This document shows positions 12,420 through 24,895 of a DNA stretch of 64,000 nucleotides, piece after piece. Position 1 is the stretch's first letter. Every line of letters starts with the position of its first letter. Origin of the DNA: Octopus sinensis (lineage: Eukaryota). The notes under the pieces are model-generated. The model was not told the origin of the DNA. It saw nothing but the letters and a program-made list of their open reading frames with translations, and did not search any database. Location of the stretch: assembly GCF_006345805.1 (NCBI RefSeq), contig NC_043007.1:1984001-2048000 (forward strand), read 5' to 3'. The translations under genes were made by a program, and so were the position numbers.

Positions 12420-12880
12420 ATCATCATCATCATCATTTAACGTCCGCCTTCCATGCTAGCATGGGTTGGATGAGTTTTTTGAGGGCTGGTGAACCAGATG
12501 GCTGCATCAGTCTCATCTGTGATCTGGCAGAGCTTCTACAGCTGGATGCCCTTCCTAATGCCAACCACTCTGAGAGTGTAGCGGGTGCTTTTATGTGCCA
12601 CTGGCACGAGGGCCAGTCTGGTGGTACTGGCAATGGCCATGCTCAAATGGTGCTTTTTATGTGCCACCTGCACAGGAGCCAGTCCAGCGGCACTGGCAAT
12701 GACCTCGCTCGAATGATTTTTCACGTGCCACCAGCACAAGCGCCAGCTAGGTAACGCAGGTAACAATCACGCTCAAATGGTGTTTTTATCGTGCCATCGG
12801 CAAGGAGGCCATCTTGTTGCTCTGGCAATGATCTCAGTCATATGGTACTCTTAGTGCTCCACTAGCAACGGATGCCAATC
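12420..12880 (-). mobile_element. RTE-clade 3' fragment with internal tandem repeats
   Basis: (CAT)n tail followed by the shared RTE 3' body; repeated TGCCACC/TGGCAC units. Confidence 0.8.
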
Positions 12881-13019
12881 AGCGACTCTTGTTTTTTTTT
12901 AAAACCTGATCCCTAATTTGCTTCACTTTCTTGCTGAACTGTTACACTATGTGGACATAAACAAACTAACACGGGTTGTCATGTAGTGATGGCGGACAAA
13001 TACAATGATACAAACATAT

Positions 13020-13205
13020 ACGTACATGCATACGTGCAATGGGCTTCTTTCAGTTTCCATCAACTAAACTACCAAATCTGTGAACGAGGCTTTGGTTGGC
13101 CTAGGGCTATATATTAGAGGACGCTTGTCTAAAGGGCCATCCAGTGGAACTGAACCTGGAACCATGTTTCTTGAGAAGCATACTTTTACCACATTGCCAA
13201 GCCAT
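13020..13205 (-). mobile_element. SINE family A, 5' half
   Basis: GGGCTTCTTTCAGTTTCC...GAACCTGGAACCATG. Confidence 0.7.
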
Positions 13206-13264
13206 AGATGGGTTATATAGGACATTATAGTAATTACCATTGTGTAGGATATAATGGCTGGTTT

Positions 13265-13650
13265 CTTATTTCTTTACTACCCACAAGGGGCTACACACAG
13301 AGGGGACAAACAAGGACAGACAGACGGATTAAGTCGATTATATCGACTCCAGTGTGTAATTGGTACTTATTTAATCGACCCTGAAAGAATGAAAGGCAAA
13401 GTCGACCTCGGCGGAATTTGAACTCAGAACATAACGACAGACGAAATACCTATTCCTTTACTATCTACAAGGGGCTAAACACAGAGAGGACAAATGGATT
13501 AAGTCGATTATATCAACCCCAGTGCATAACTGGTACTTATTTAATCGACCCCCGAAAGGATGAAAGGCAAAGTCGACCTCGGCGGAATTTGAACTCACAA
13601 TGTAACAGCAGACAAAATACCGCTAAGCATTTTGCCCAGCATGCTAACGT
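13265..13650 (-). mobile_element. tRNA-derived SINE family B with internal duplication
   Basis: Two copies of GAAAGGCAAAGTCGACCTCGGCGGAATTTGAACTCA; family head GAGCTGGCAGAAACGTTAGCA. Confidence 0.88.
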
Positions 13651-14652
13651 TTCTGCCAGCTCGCTGCCTTGTATAATGACTGGTATCTGTGCATTTTCTA
13701 CTGCACTGTAGAGCATTTAGCCATAGTGCACAATGCATTGTTGCAATTACCATTCCGTAGACAATAATAGCTAATATGTCGTCACTTCCCTTGCATACAT
13801 TTATTATCTACCTGAACTGCTTCTAATTATCAGGAATTTCAAAGAACTTAAAACTGAACATTAATCCTTACACAAAGAGCAGATGGTGATCTGACAGCAC
13901 TGAAATTAAACCTGTCCTGAATATCCGAATTTCTCAATTTAATTTTACTACAAACTTTTGCGTTTACACATCTTATGCAACCATCAATTATATCTGCTTT
14001 CAAACAATTATTAAACTTTTTTTTCTTTTTGGGGTTTGAATAATTGAAAATCGTGGAAAATTTAAAGCCTCTTTCCCCGTGTGTGTGCTTGTATTGTTAT
14101 CTGTTTGTTTGTTTAGCCCAAGGTCAATCTTGTTTGAGAAACCTATGATCAAAGGTCTTCTATTTATCCTCAACTTCCTCTTCAGGCGTCGTATATCTAA
14201 GATGTCATTATCTCCTTTGTGTCCGCCTTTGTTTGTTTCTGTTTTTTTTTTTGTTTTTTTCTGACATGTTAGAGCGTTTTTAGATTAAGATTTAGCCGTT
14301 GTTGCTAACATGTCATGTGACCACGCTGCAAGCCCCAGCAAACAAATATGCTAGAAAGTGCAGACAAATTTCCCTCAAATCACGTAGATGTTGGCTCTTA
14401 TACTCTTTACTCTCTTACTTGTTTCAGTCATTTGACTGTGGTCATGCTGGAGCACCACCTTTAATCGAGCAAATCGGCCCCAGGACTTATTCTTTGTAAG
14501 CCTGGTACTTATTCTATTGGTCTCTTTTGCTGAACCGCTAGGTTACGGGGACGTAAACACACCAGCATCAGTTGTCAAGCGATGTTGGAGGGAGGGGACA
14601 AACACAGACACACAAACATATACACACACATAAATAAATATATATATATACA

Positions 14653-14850
14653 CTTTATTTAAAGCAGCAGAAAATTCAACAAGACCTGTTACTCTGAGTT
14701 TCCCGTTGCAAAAACTGTCCGATGAATGGCAATGGGAAACTCAGAGTAACAGGTCTTGTTGAATTTTCTGCTGCTTTAAATAAAGCATATTACTCTACCA
14801 CTGGTATTTGAGTACTCTTTTTTCCACCTTGTTTCACATTTATGTGTTTA
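14653..14850 (+). mobile_element. PLE-like fold-back with 57-bp arms and a degenerate hammerhead-like core
   Basis: Arms 14653-14709 and 14729-14785 with one G-U; 19-nt loop; CCGATGA...GAAACTC at 14719-14742. Confidence 0.6.
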
Positions 14851-14869
14851 CTCCGGTATATATATATAT

Positions 14870-15235
14870 CATCATCATCATTGTCGTCGTTTAACGTCCG
14901 CTTTCTATGCTAGCATGGGTTGGACGGTTCAACTGGGGTCTGGCAAGCCCGAAGGCTGCACCAGGCCAGTCAGATCTAGCAGTGTTTCTACAGCTGGATG
15001 CCCTTCCTAACGCCAACCACTCCGAGAGTGTAGTGGGTGATTTTATGTGCCACCAACACAGGTGCCAGACAAGGCTGGCAGACGGCCACGCTCGGATGGT
15101 GTTTTTTATGTGCCACCGACACAGGTGCCAGACGAGGCTGGCAGACGGCCACGCTCAGATGGTGTTTTTTATGTGCCACCGACACAGGTGCCAGACGAGG
15201 CTGGCAGACGGCCATGCTCGGATGGTGTTTTCTTA
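14870..15235 (-). mobile_element. RTE 3' fragment with a 63-bp tandem repeat x3
   Basis: Repeat unit reads PPTQVPDEAGRRPRSDGVFYV in the ORF track (15046-15235). Confidence 0.85.
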
Positions 15236-15803
15236 TGTGTATATATATACATATATACGACGGGCTTCTTTCAGTTTCCGTCCACCAAATCCACTGACAA
15301 GGCTTTGGTTGGCCCAAGGCTATAGCAGAAGACACTTGCCCAATGTGCCACACAGTGGGACTGAACCCGGAATCTTTAATAATTGTCTCACACTTTAAAA
15401 CAAGGCCAACAATTTCCAGTGGAGGGATAAGTCAATTAAATTGACCCCAGCACTTGACTGATACTTTATTTTAACGACCCTGAATGGACAAAAGGTTAAG
15501 TTGACCTTGGTGGGATTTGAATGCCACTAAGAATCTTCTGTGATGCTCTACTGATTATGCCAGCTCACTGCCTTAACAATAGCATTAATAATTCTTTCTA
15601 ATTCTGGCACAAGGCCTGCAATTTCGAGGGAATGGTGCAAGTCAATTTCATTGATTGCTGAACTTGACTGGTACTTTATTTTAGTGACCCCAGGGCAACA
15701 AGAGGCAAAGTTGACTTCAGCAATATTTGAACACAGAATGTAAAGAGTTAGAAGAACTGTTGCTATGCATTTCATCTGACACACTTCTTTACAACACCTG
15801 TAA

Positions 15804-16401
15804 CCCTTTTGTTACCATATTTCTGTTTGAGATGCTCTGTGTTTCTTTCAATTTATTTTAAATATAACAAAGAATTTAGTAAAATAACTTAATTATCATT
15901 AAGATAAGTGTTAGGAACATAAAATGTGACTAAGTTTTGGTGGAAGATTTTAATTCAAAACTTATGAAAAGAAGACATTTGTACTACAGAGCCAGAGGCG
16001 GTTTCAGCCAGGTTGATATCAAAAGGTTTAAACAGACCTCTACATTTGGGCAGATGCACATTAGAAGCAGTTGGAAGGGTATGAATTGAAGGAAATTTAG
16101 GCTGTTATTTCTAGCATAAAGATTGACCACACCGATGTTTTCTTCTCTTATGTCTTCTGCTGATTATTTTTCTTCTTAACCCTTTTGTTACTGTATTTAT
16201 TGTGACATGCTGTATATTTCTTGCAATTAATTTTAAATATAACGAAGAATTTAGTAAAAGAACTTATATATCATTCAGCTAGTTTTAGGAACATAAAATG
16301 TGACTAAGGTTTGGTGGAAGATTTTAATTCAGAACTTATGAAAACAAAACATTTGTACTACAGAGCCAGAGCCGGTTTCAGCTGGGTTGGTATCGAAAGG
16401 G
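15804..16401. mobile_element. Composite MITE-spacer-MITE unit
   Basis: MITE 15804-16027, TTAA, spacer 16032-16175, TTAA, MITE 16180-16401, TTAA. Confidence 0.85.
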
Positions 16402-17350
16402 TTAACAATAGCTTTAATAATGAAATACAATAGATATGGATGAGGTCAAATGCATGAAGTATTCCATGTTTTTGAACCAATGCAAAGGAGATTCTATATG
16501 ATCTCATGGGATGCTGAAAATAACAGCCAAATTCTCTCTAATCACACTCTACCGTGTTAAAAAGACAAAAACGGAACACCAAACGGGAAAACAGTTAAGA
16601 TAATGTATTGGAATAATATAGTCATAGAAAGCATTGTCTGAGAATAAGATGGAATGGCCTCAGGTGGAATTCTTTGATGTTGGGCTTACTTGATCAGAGC
16701 TGACTCGGCACTAAACAAACACTGCCAATAACAACAAACACTGCCAATAACAACAAACATCATGGCTTGGTTGGTAATTTCCAGTGACACATTAGTCACT
16801 TTTTCTCTGTAGATCTTGATAGGAGCCTGCTAATGTGTTATCTCTTTTGGCAGCACTTACCTTTATGTCTCTGGTGCATTCCAATCGTGGCATGCAAGAA
16901 GAATTCGTTATTTCATTAGTGTGGGCTGAGAATCTACTTCTCTATGTCCTCATCAGATGAACTGGTCCCACTCTTCTGTTCGTTCTGTTCTCTGTTTAGT
17001 TTTCTTTGTTTTGTTTTGTTTTTGTCTGTGTGTATGTATGTATGTATCTGCTTACATATATATGCATATAAGTATATTTACATATGTATTTCCATTTGTA
17101 AGTGTATGTATTTATATGCATATGTGTGTTTGTATATAAGCATATTTGTACATGTGCTTACGTGTGTAAATACATATATATGTATATTTGTATATTTAAG
17201 CATATATATAATTATGTATATATTTATATCCATGTATGTGTGTGTATATATATATAATATATATATGCATATATATATATATACACACATATATGTATAT
17301 GTGTGTATGTATATATAAACTCACATATGTATATGTATATATATGTATGA

Positions 17351-17388
<38 letters not shown>

Positions 17389-17600
17389 CTATATACACAC
17401 CTACGCACGCATTTATCTATTTGTCTATTTATCTATCTATCTATCTAACATGCATGTTTATTTACATATGTGTGTGTGTGTGTGTAGTCCTTTCATAATC
17501 TGTGTTACGAAGTGTTTACATATGAGTTATAAATATATACATAATATATATAAATATATACATAATTATATATATATGCTTAAATATACAAATATACACA

Positions 17601-17632
<32 letters not shown>

Positions 17633-18648
17633 CACACATAGCACATATACACATATGCTTATATACAAACACACAAACACACATGCATATGAATACATAC
17701 ATTTACAAACGGAAATACATATGTAAATATACTATGACAGCGGCAAGAAAAAAAAAAGAACAAAAGCCATGAAGAAGGAAGAACTAATGATAGCGACTGA
17801 ATAAAATCTTCATTGTGTGTGCTTGCATGTGTGCATGTGTGTGTGTATGTGTATGTTTTTTGGCTTTGATTTCGCTTCACCCATATTTACCGGCATTCAA
17901 AGTGCAATTTGCAAGTAACCAAGAAAATTATTCGCAAAGTAAACAAACTCACACGGCTCGATTTCAAAAGGTATTACACGATTACACGTTGTTCATTCTT
18001 GTTGTTGTCGTTGTCGTTGTTGTTGTTTGCAGTATTACAGTAGATTACCAATACATATTGGAACATATATCAATACCAATCATTTTTTTTTTTTTTGGCA
18101 CAAAGGAATATGTGAATAAATTCAACTTCAGAAACCTACTCAACAATTCAGCCACGTTTTATTCATTTATTTTATGTTATTTTATTTTAGACTGTTTAGT
18201 TTAGAGTATAAAATAAAAGGGTTATTCAAAGGCTCCAGTGTTTTTGTCTTTTTATTTTATACTTATTTAGCTGAAGCAGCCAAATTATTATTTTCATAAA
18301 GGATAGGCGAATTTAGATTTACTTTGCTGTTTTGTTTTTCATAAGCAAACAAAATACATTTAGCTTTGTTTCTTTTTATTCTTCTTCTTATTATTATTAT
18401 TCAAAAATAAGCATTATAACACTTTGGTGATGCCTCGTTTGGTTTTTTGGTCTTTGTTGTTTGAAGCAGTACAGCATCCCCAAAGACAGGAATTCCACGG
18501 TTACCTTATTATCCCGGCTGTTAATATCTAATCTTCGTATAACTGCACTCTGTCATGATGTTAGACTTGGCGTTAAGGGAATTTGTATCTGCGTGTAAAT
18601 AAATATGTATTGAACTGTGAGTAGAACAAGCTCTACTCAAACCAATAG

Positions 18649-18654
<6 letters not shown>

Positions 18655-18728
<74 letters not shown>

Positions 18729-18762
18729 TCTCTCTCTCTTTCTCTCTCTCTCTCTTTCTCTC
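18655..18762. repeat. (CT)n/(GA)n microsatellite
   Basis: Long CT run. Confidence 0.95.
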
Positions 18763-19857
18763 TCCCAGTTTCTACTTTATGGTTTGGCATGGCTCTGTAG
18801 TGCAGCTTTGGCCGTTAGTAATAAACTTGGATGGTTATGCTTAAAGAGCAGGCGTGGTGTTGTGGTTAAGAAGTTCGCTTGTCGACCATGTGGCTTGGGG
18901 GTTCAAATCCCACTGTCCTGCTTCTTGGGCAAGTGTTTCTTACTGTAACCCCAGATCAATACAATATCAATTGAGGGAATTTAACATAGAAATTGATAAA
19001 CCTGTCTGTTCTAGCATGGTTTTCTACTGCAGGGTGCCCTTCCTAAAGCCAACCACTTTACAGAGTGTATTGGATGCTTTTCCACAGCAGCAGCACAGGT
19101 GCTTTTATGTGGTATCAGCATGGTTACTTTTCATGTAGCACCAGTGTCCAGGATCCCACAAGGTTAGGAAAGTTCAACTGAAGAGGGATGCAAGGGACAT
19201 GCCTGTGAGTAAGGACAGCCATGCTTTTACTTAGCTTGATGTGTCTTCTCCAGCACAGCAAACTGCCAGGAATCTTTGTCCCCTCTCATCCTCTCTATGA
19301 GGCCCAATGCCTAAAGATCCTTTCTCACCACTTCATCCCACATCTGCCTAGGTTCACCCCTTCCACATGTTCCTTCAACGTGCATACATGTACACATGTA
19401 CTTAAATAGTCATGTAGTTACCAATATAACATAGTTTCATTTTCTTACTACATGTTCAAAATATTGATATTTACTTATTTTTCTCTCTGTTAAATATCTC
19501 TGGCAGCTGGTCATGGAGTATTTCCATGTGTATTTATATGCCTTTGGATAAGTCATCTTACTTGTTTCATTGTCCTTCAATGAGAACTTAAGTAATTCAT
19601 TAATCAGGCACCTTTAAATCTCTCACACCTGTCAATTTTCCCCTCTTGATGAAGGAAGCCAGTACTCCCTTAATATCTCTATGCATCTATCTACTCTTTG
19701 CATATCCATGATTTCGGCATGTTTCATCTGTTACAACTGTTGTCTAATTCCAAGCTCCCAGAAAGGGGTGTCAAGTTCAAAAACTATGCGTTCTACTTTT
19801 AGACTCCTTTATTTCCTATACTCCATGTGAAAGTAAATTTATTTGTCAACATATATT

Positions 19858-20270
19858 ACTCTTTACTCTCTCTCTTTTACTTGTTTCAGTCATTTGACTG
19901 CGGCCATGCTGGAGCATCGCCTTCAGTCGAGCAAATCGACCCCGGGACTTATTCTTTGTAAGCCCAGTACTTATTCTATCGGTCTCTTTTACCAAACCGC
20001 TAAGTGACGGAGACGTAAACACACCAGCATCGGTTGTCAAGCAATACTAGGGGTACAAACACAGACAAGCACACACACACATACATATATATATATACAT
20101 ATATACGACAGGCTTCTTTCCGTTTCTGTCTACCAAATCCACTCACAAAGCATTGGTCGGCCCAGGGCTATAGCAGAAGACACTTGCCCAAGATGCCATG
20201 CAGTGGGACTGAACCCGGAACCATGTGGCTGGTTAGCAAGCTACTTACCACACAGCCACTCCTGCACCTA
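19858..20270 (-). mobile_element. SINE family A, full length
   Basis: Complete head, internal microsatellite and 3' body. Confidence 0.9.
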
Positions 20271-20328
20271 TGCTTGTACTTATGTCTTTATCTTTTTGAA
20301 TATAATATATTTAGTTTTTGTATGTATA

Positions 20329-20360
<32 letters not shown>

Positions 20361-20531
20361 CTTTAAGTTCGTTTATGGGGAAACATTTTGAATCTGCATT
20401 TAAAAGCTCTGATTCTATTATGTTGTCTACAGCCTAACGATGCCAACTGGCACCATCAGATTTTTGGGATTGCACCAAGCTGTGCCAATATAATGCAGGA
20501 TAAATAAAGTAATAATGATTATAATCCTTGG

Positions 20532-20686
20532 ATGGAATTTACAAATATTCTAATGCATCGCTACACATGTTTCCACAGATCATATGGACTGGAGTGTAAT
20601 CGCTCGAGGAACACAGACTATGATCTTAAGAAACATGGTTTGTGGAAACACATGTAGCAATACAGTAAAGTATTTATAAATTCCAT
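20532..20686. mobile_element. Old MITE-like inverted repeat with 52-bp arms
   Basis: ATGGAATTTACAAATA...CCACAGATCAT versus ATGGTTTGTGG...TATTTATAAATTCCAT; mismatches are mostly transitions. Confidence 0.6.
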
Positions 20687-20904
20687 GTGAGGATTATTAT
20701 TGTTTTTACTATAGATATATTATTTGTGTGTGTATTTAGATATATATATATACATACATATATATATATATTATTTGTGTGTGTATTTATATATATATAT
20801 ATATATATATATACATACATATATATATATATATATTTGTGTGTGTATTTATATATATATATATATATATACATACATATATATATATTATTTGTGTGTT
20901 TATT

Positions 20905-20946
<42 letters not shown>

Positions 20947-22316
20947 TATACACATACAGTTGCTGGATTCCATTCAATTATTGGATCTTGTGAAAAGAAA
21001 TATTCTTGAAAGAATATCTGATAGTGTCTTCAATTTCACTAGTAGATCATGCAGCTGATACACACATATACATACATACATACATACACACACACACACG
21101 CACACACAAAAACATACCTGCATGTGTACATGCGTGTGTGTGTGTTCTCTTACTTCGAAGGTGAAGTTGCTGCGAAATTATGGAAGTAGATGCCTTGCAA
21201 ATTCCAAAGAATTGAAGAAAAGAAAACATTTGCTTGCTTCTCATGTCACTGATTCTGTAGAACTTTGGGTTTTTTTCCTTCGTTTTTTCTTTTTTTTTTT
21301 CAGCATTATTATTTCTTACAGCGAATGAAACATTTCCAATGTAAAACTCTCGTTATTTTGTAATTATATTTTACCTTTTGTTAGTTCTTTTTTTGTTATT
21401 TTTCGTTTTTTTAATGTTATCATAGAAATGGCATTCTTCTTGCTGAAAGTTTTCTGTGTTCAAGCTCTTAAGGTCAGCTGTAATATTGTCATTTGGAACA
21501 AACAAACAAACAAGAAAACAAAATGACAGAAAATAAACAAATACATTAATTGTGTTGGACCATTTTGCAAAAGACATGTCACCATGAAAGGGCTGTAGAT
21601 CACCCGTTTTTTTGTTGTTTGTTTTGTTTGTTTTTGTTTGAAAGTTCTTTAACACTTGTTTTCGTTTGAGTCAATTTAGGTTTGTGTTTATTAGCAATAA
21701 TTGTGGTCTTCAAAACAAACAAAAAAACCCCCAAAAATATTAGTTTTTAGCAAATTGGTAGCACGCAGTGTACGACGGAGACAAATGCATACTACTTATA
21801 ACTTTATTTATCATCATCATCATCGTTACTACCAGCAACCACAACCATCATCATCATCATCATCACCATCCACCAACCACCACCACCACTACCATCATCG
21901 TTGTCGTCATCATTATTATCATTACCACCTTTCCTCTCTTTCATCCTCTCTCTCAATACTTCTATTGTATATAAACTCTTCCTACTACTACAGGTCCTAC
22001 ACTAACCACATTAGTGGCCATCCCCTCTAGAATGTTGTCCCTTTGGAATTACTTTTCCTCTTTCAAATAACGTCATGATTTATCTCTAAGCTGAGCATCA
22101 ATTAGGTCTGGACCCCCTCTCCCAGTCACTCCCTCCATCCAAACGAAACCCCTGCAAAAAGATCTGCTGGAAACATAGAAGCGACAGCATTACCGAGTGC
22201 TTCGCTTATTGCTGCGATAATTAGAATGTTTGTTGTTTCAAGATCATCAGCATTAAACCAATTGATAGCCAAAGATTCATCAACATTATTATTATCTCTT
22301 CTCTTCTTACACGCAG

Positions 22317-22517
22317 TTGTGGTGGTGGTCACAATTTAATTTTGCTTCCTCTGAAACTGCAAAATTCTGGTCGAGGAGGAGGAGAAGCGTTTTGTACCTC
22401 TTATCATCGACACCATCACCATCACCATCACCATCATCATCATTGCCATCATTTAGATGTCTTATTTTTATTTTATGCTTTCACTGCGCTACTGAGCACA
22501 GACTCTGTGTGCCTGGG
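22317..22517 (+). other. Candidate exon of unknown gene, coding or 5' UTR
   Basis: Pyrimidine-rich acceptor CTTCTCTTCTTACACGCAG, donor GG|GTATGT, 201 nt, two frames open, one ending in a hydrophobic stretch; no in-frame ATG and no recognisable homology. Confidence 0.25.
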
Positions 22518-22569
22518 GTATGTGACGTGTTTTGTTCTAGTTTTGTAACTTATACTGTATTGAAACTAC

Positions 22570-22587
22570 CCTACTTATTATTATTAC

Positions 22588-22618
<31 letters not shown>

Positions 22619-22691
22619 GATGATGACAATAATAATAATAATAGTAATAATAATAATAATTATAATGATAATAATAATAATAATAATAATG

Positions 22692-22733
<42 letters not shown>

Positions 22734-22745
22734 GCAACAGCAATA
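22570..22745. repeat. (TTA)n followed by (AAT)n microsatellite
   Basis: Direct reading; source of the poly-L/poly-I ORF. Confidence 0.95.
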
Positions 22746-23104
22746 ATAGTAGTAATAACATTTTCCTTTGATCTCTAATATCTTGTGATGGAATCTTCAA
22801 AATCATTCTTGCTGGAAGCTGTGTCTATTAATTATGACAGTTCAGTGTCTATAAACACCCAAGTCATCAATACTCAACATTTCCATACCAAACGCCAAAC
22901 GTTTCCAAGTTAAATTTCATGCAGAAAGTTTTTGGTAAAAAATAACAAAGCTTATTTTGACGTATCACGACAGAGGAATTTCCATGACAACCGACTTACT
23001 TTTTCCAGTCCATCTTCAGTTTCATCGTTCTGTTCCAGGCTTGGGAAGCATGAAGTTTCCATTTATGGTATGCAGTCTGTTTGTTGACGTAAAACAAGTT
23101 TCAT

Positions 23105-23447
23105 TGAAAATTTCTATTTGTTACTCTCACAGTGTGAGATATTCAGCAACAGTACTCTGTAGTAAAGATTATTTGCCAACATAACATGGCAGTCCTTGTT
23201 TAGGACTTATGTTGCTGTAATTTAGCCCCAGGAGACATCGTCTCCAGCTGGCTATACAACATGATTTGTGTCCTTATATTTTCGAACAAGGGAATCTAGC
23301 ACCCCAACTCAGTACAAAACAATATCTGTGTATTGCGATTTCCGGGTTATTTCCCTTCATCTGCACAGAATAATTGTTTGGCTAAATTACAGCAACATTC
23401 GTCCTAAACCAGGACTGCCATTTTATGCTGGGAAATAATATTTACTC
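23105..23447 (-). mobile_element. Fold-back family FB copy 2, with a hammerhead-like 5' end
   Basis: Long arm 23105-23375 and short inverted arm 23380-23447; same sequence as 11785-12085. Confidence 0.8.
23321..23375 (-). ncRNA. Degenerate type I hammerhead motif
   Basis: Minus strand: UCUGUG-CAGAUGA-A-GGG(AAAUAA)CCC-G-GAAA-UCGCAA-UA-CACAGA; perfect 6-bp stem I; U4A change and one extra G. Confidence 0.55.
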
Positions 23448-23614
23448 CAAAGTTTCGTTGATCCCACATTATCCATGAGCCCATCCACTGGACTTCAAAG
23501 CCATCTTCAGCCAAGCATCTTGAAGATTTGGTTTTCTTCCCCGTGTATCAAAGTAGCTCATGACAAGCAAATTTTGTTGGTTTTCCTAGTGTATGTGCAA
23601 ACAGACAGCAATAT

Positions 23615-23947
23615 TTCTTTAGAAAATTACTTTTTTTAAATCACACAACGAGAGATATTCACCAACAGGACTTTGTAGTAAAGATTATTTGCCAGCATAA
23701 CATGGCAGTCCTGGTTTAGGATGAATGTTGCTGTAATTTAGCCCCAGGGGACATCGTCTCCAGCTAGCTGTACAACATGATCTGTGTCCTTATATTTTTG
23801 AACAAGGGTGCTAGATTCCCTGTTTGAAAATATAAGGACACAGATCATGTCGTGTAGCCAGCTGGAGACAATGTCTCTTGGGGCTAAATTACAGCAACAT
23901 TCGTCCTAAACCAGGACTGCCAGGTTATGTTGGCAAATAATATTTAC
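23615..23947. mobile_element. Fold-back family FB copy 3
   Basis: Arms of about 130 bp at 23678-23808 and 23818-23947 around a 9-nt loop. Confidence 0.85.
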
Positions 23948-24686
23948 AGCAATATTTCTGTTCTTAATTAAAATATCTAATTGTTGTCTTTACCATTCTT
24001 AGACTTGCATGGTTCTCCAGGCAGTTGAAATATTCCAGCAACATTGAATATCAATGACAATGAATGTTTGTGGGAGAGAGAAAGAGTGGTTTCCAGATAC
24101 TTTTCAATATTTTAAAATACAAATCAATGAGTATAGTAAATGCATACCAAATACACTTGTGTATTTTCCTTCATGCATATATATACATATATACATCCAC
24201 ATCTGTATTTTAAAATAAAAACACTTTTTACTCCCCACTTTTTTTTTGTATTACATTATCAAAATATGTTGGCAAAGATATATTTTGTAATATGTTAATC
24301 TTTTCAAAGAACTGCTGGTTATTGCAGAAAACAGAGAAACATCAAACACAGGGTGCAAGTTAAAAAAAGTGGGGTTTAAAACCTACCCTATGTTTCAAAC
24401 TGCATTTTGTATAGGGTTGCTGTGCCGTAGCTTGTTTGTACATTTAAAATTTCAAGCTTATATAAGTTATGTTTTTTAACCTATTACATAAACCAATCAA
24501 ATGTTCTTGTTGAAGTCTATCCCTAGGTCTTCCTTGAATGAGCAGACCCTTATCACCCAAAATGTCAAAAATGTTCCACCCATTGCTATCCTCTGTGTGT
24601 GTGCGTATGTGTGTGTGTGTGCGTATGTGTGTGTGTGTGCATGAAGAGATAGATAGATAGATAGATAGATTGATAGATAGACAGAT

Positions 24687-24725
<39 letters not shown>

Positions 24726-24783
24726 CAGAAAGATAGATAGACAGTCAGACAAACAAACAGATAGATATGTATGTATATATGTT

Positions 24784-24815
<32 letters not shown>

Positions 24816-24895
24816 GAGAGAGAGAGAGAGAGAGAGAGATAAAGATATAGATGTGTATGTGTGTAAATTGTGATATGGTTGTTGTTCACAACAGA

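Larger units (their letters stand above)
14397..15372 (-). mobile_element. SINE family A copy split by nested insertions in its internal microsatellite
   Basis: 3' half at 14397-14625, 5' half at 15255-15372; the gap holds a hairpin element and an RTE 3' end. Confidence 0.8.

Noticed and set aside
16861-16925. Minus-strand mini-exon with AAG|GTAAGT (similar cases at 2447, 28556 and 52239)
   Set aside because: Short frames, no homology, and no consistent phase chain into a gene model
16930-16960. Isolated CTGATGA/CTGAAGA words (also 23013, 23505, 43677, 59635)
   Set aside because: No stem II plus GAAA plus stem I pairing
20574-20670. Plus-strand exon MDWSVIARGTQ…
   Set aside because: Lies inside a 52-bp-arm inverted repeat; a MITE explains it better
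23001-23076. Minus-strand exon METSCFPSLEQNDETEDGLE with a GTAAGT donor
   Set aside because: No compatible downstream exon found; GTAAGT is expected many times by chance in 64 kb
23136-23225. HDV-like ribozyme in the FB arm (CAGCAACA/TGTTGCTG pairing, CGAA-like junction in sister copies)
   Set aside because: Spacing does not allow the P3/L3/P1 nested pseudoknot
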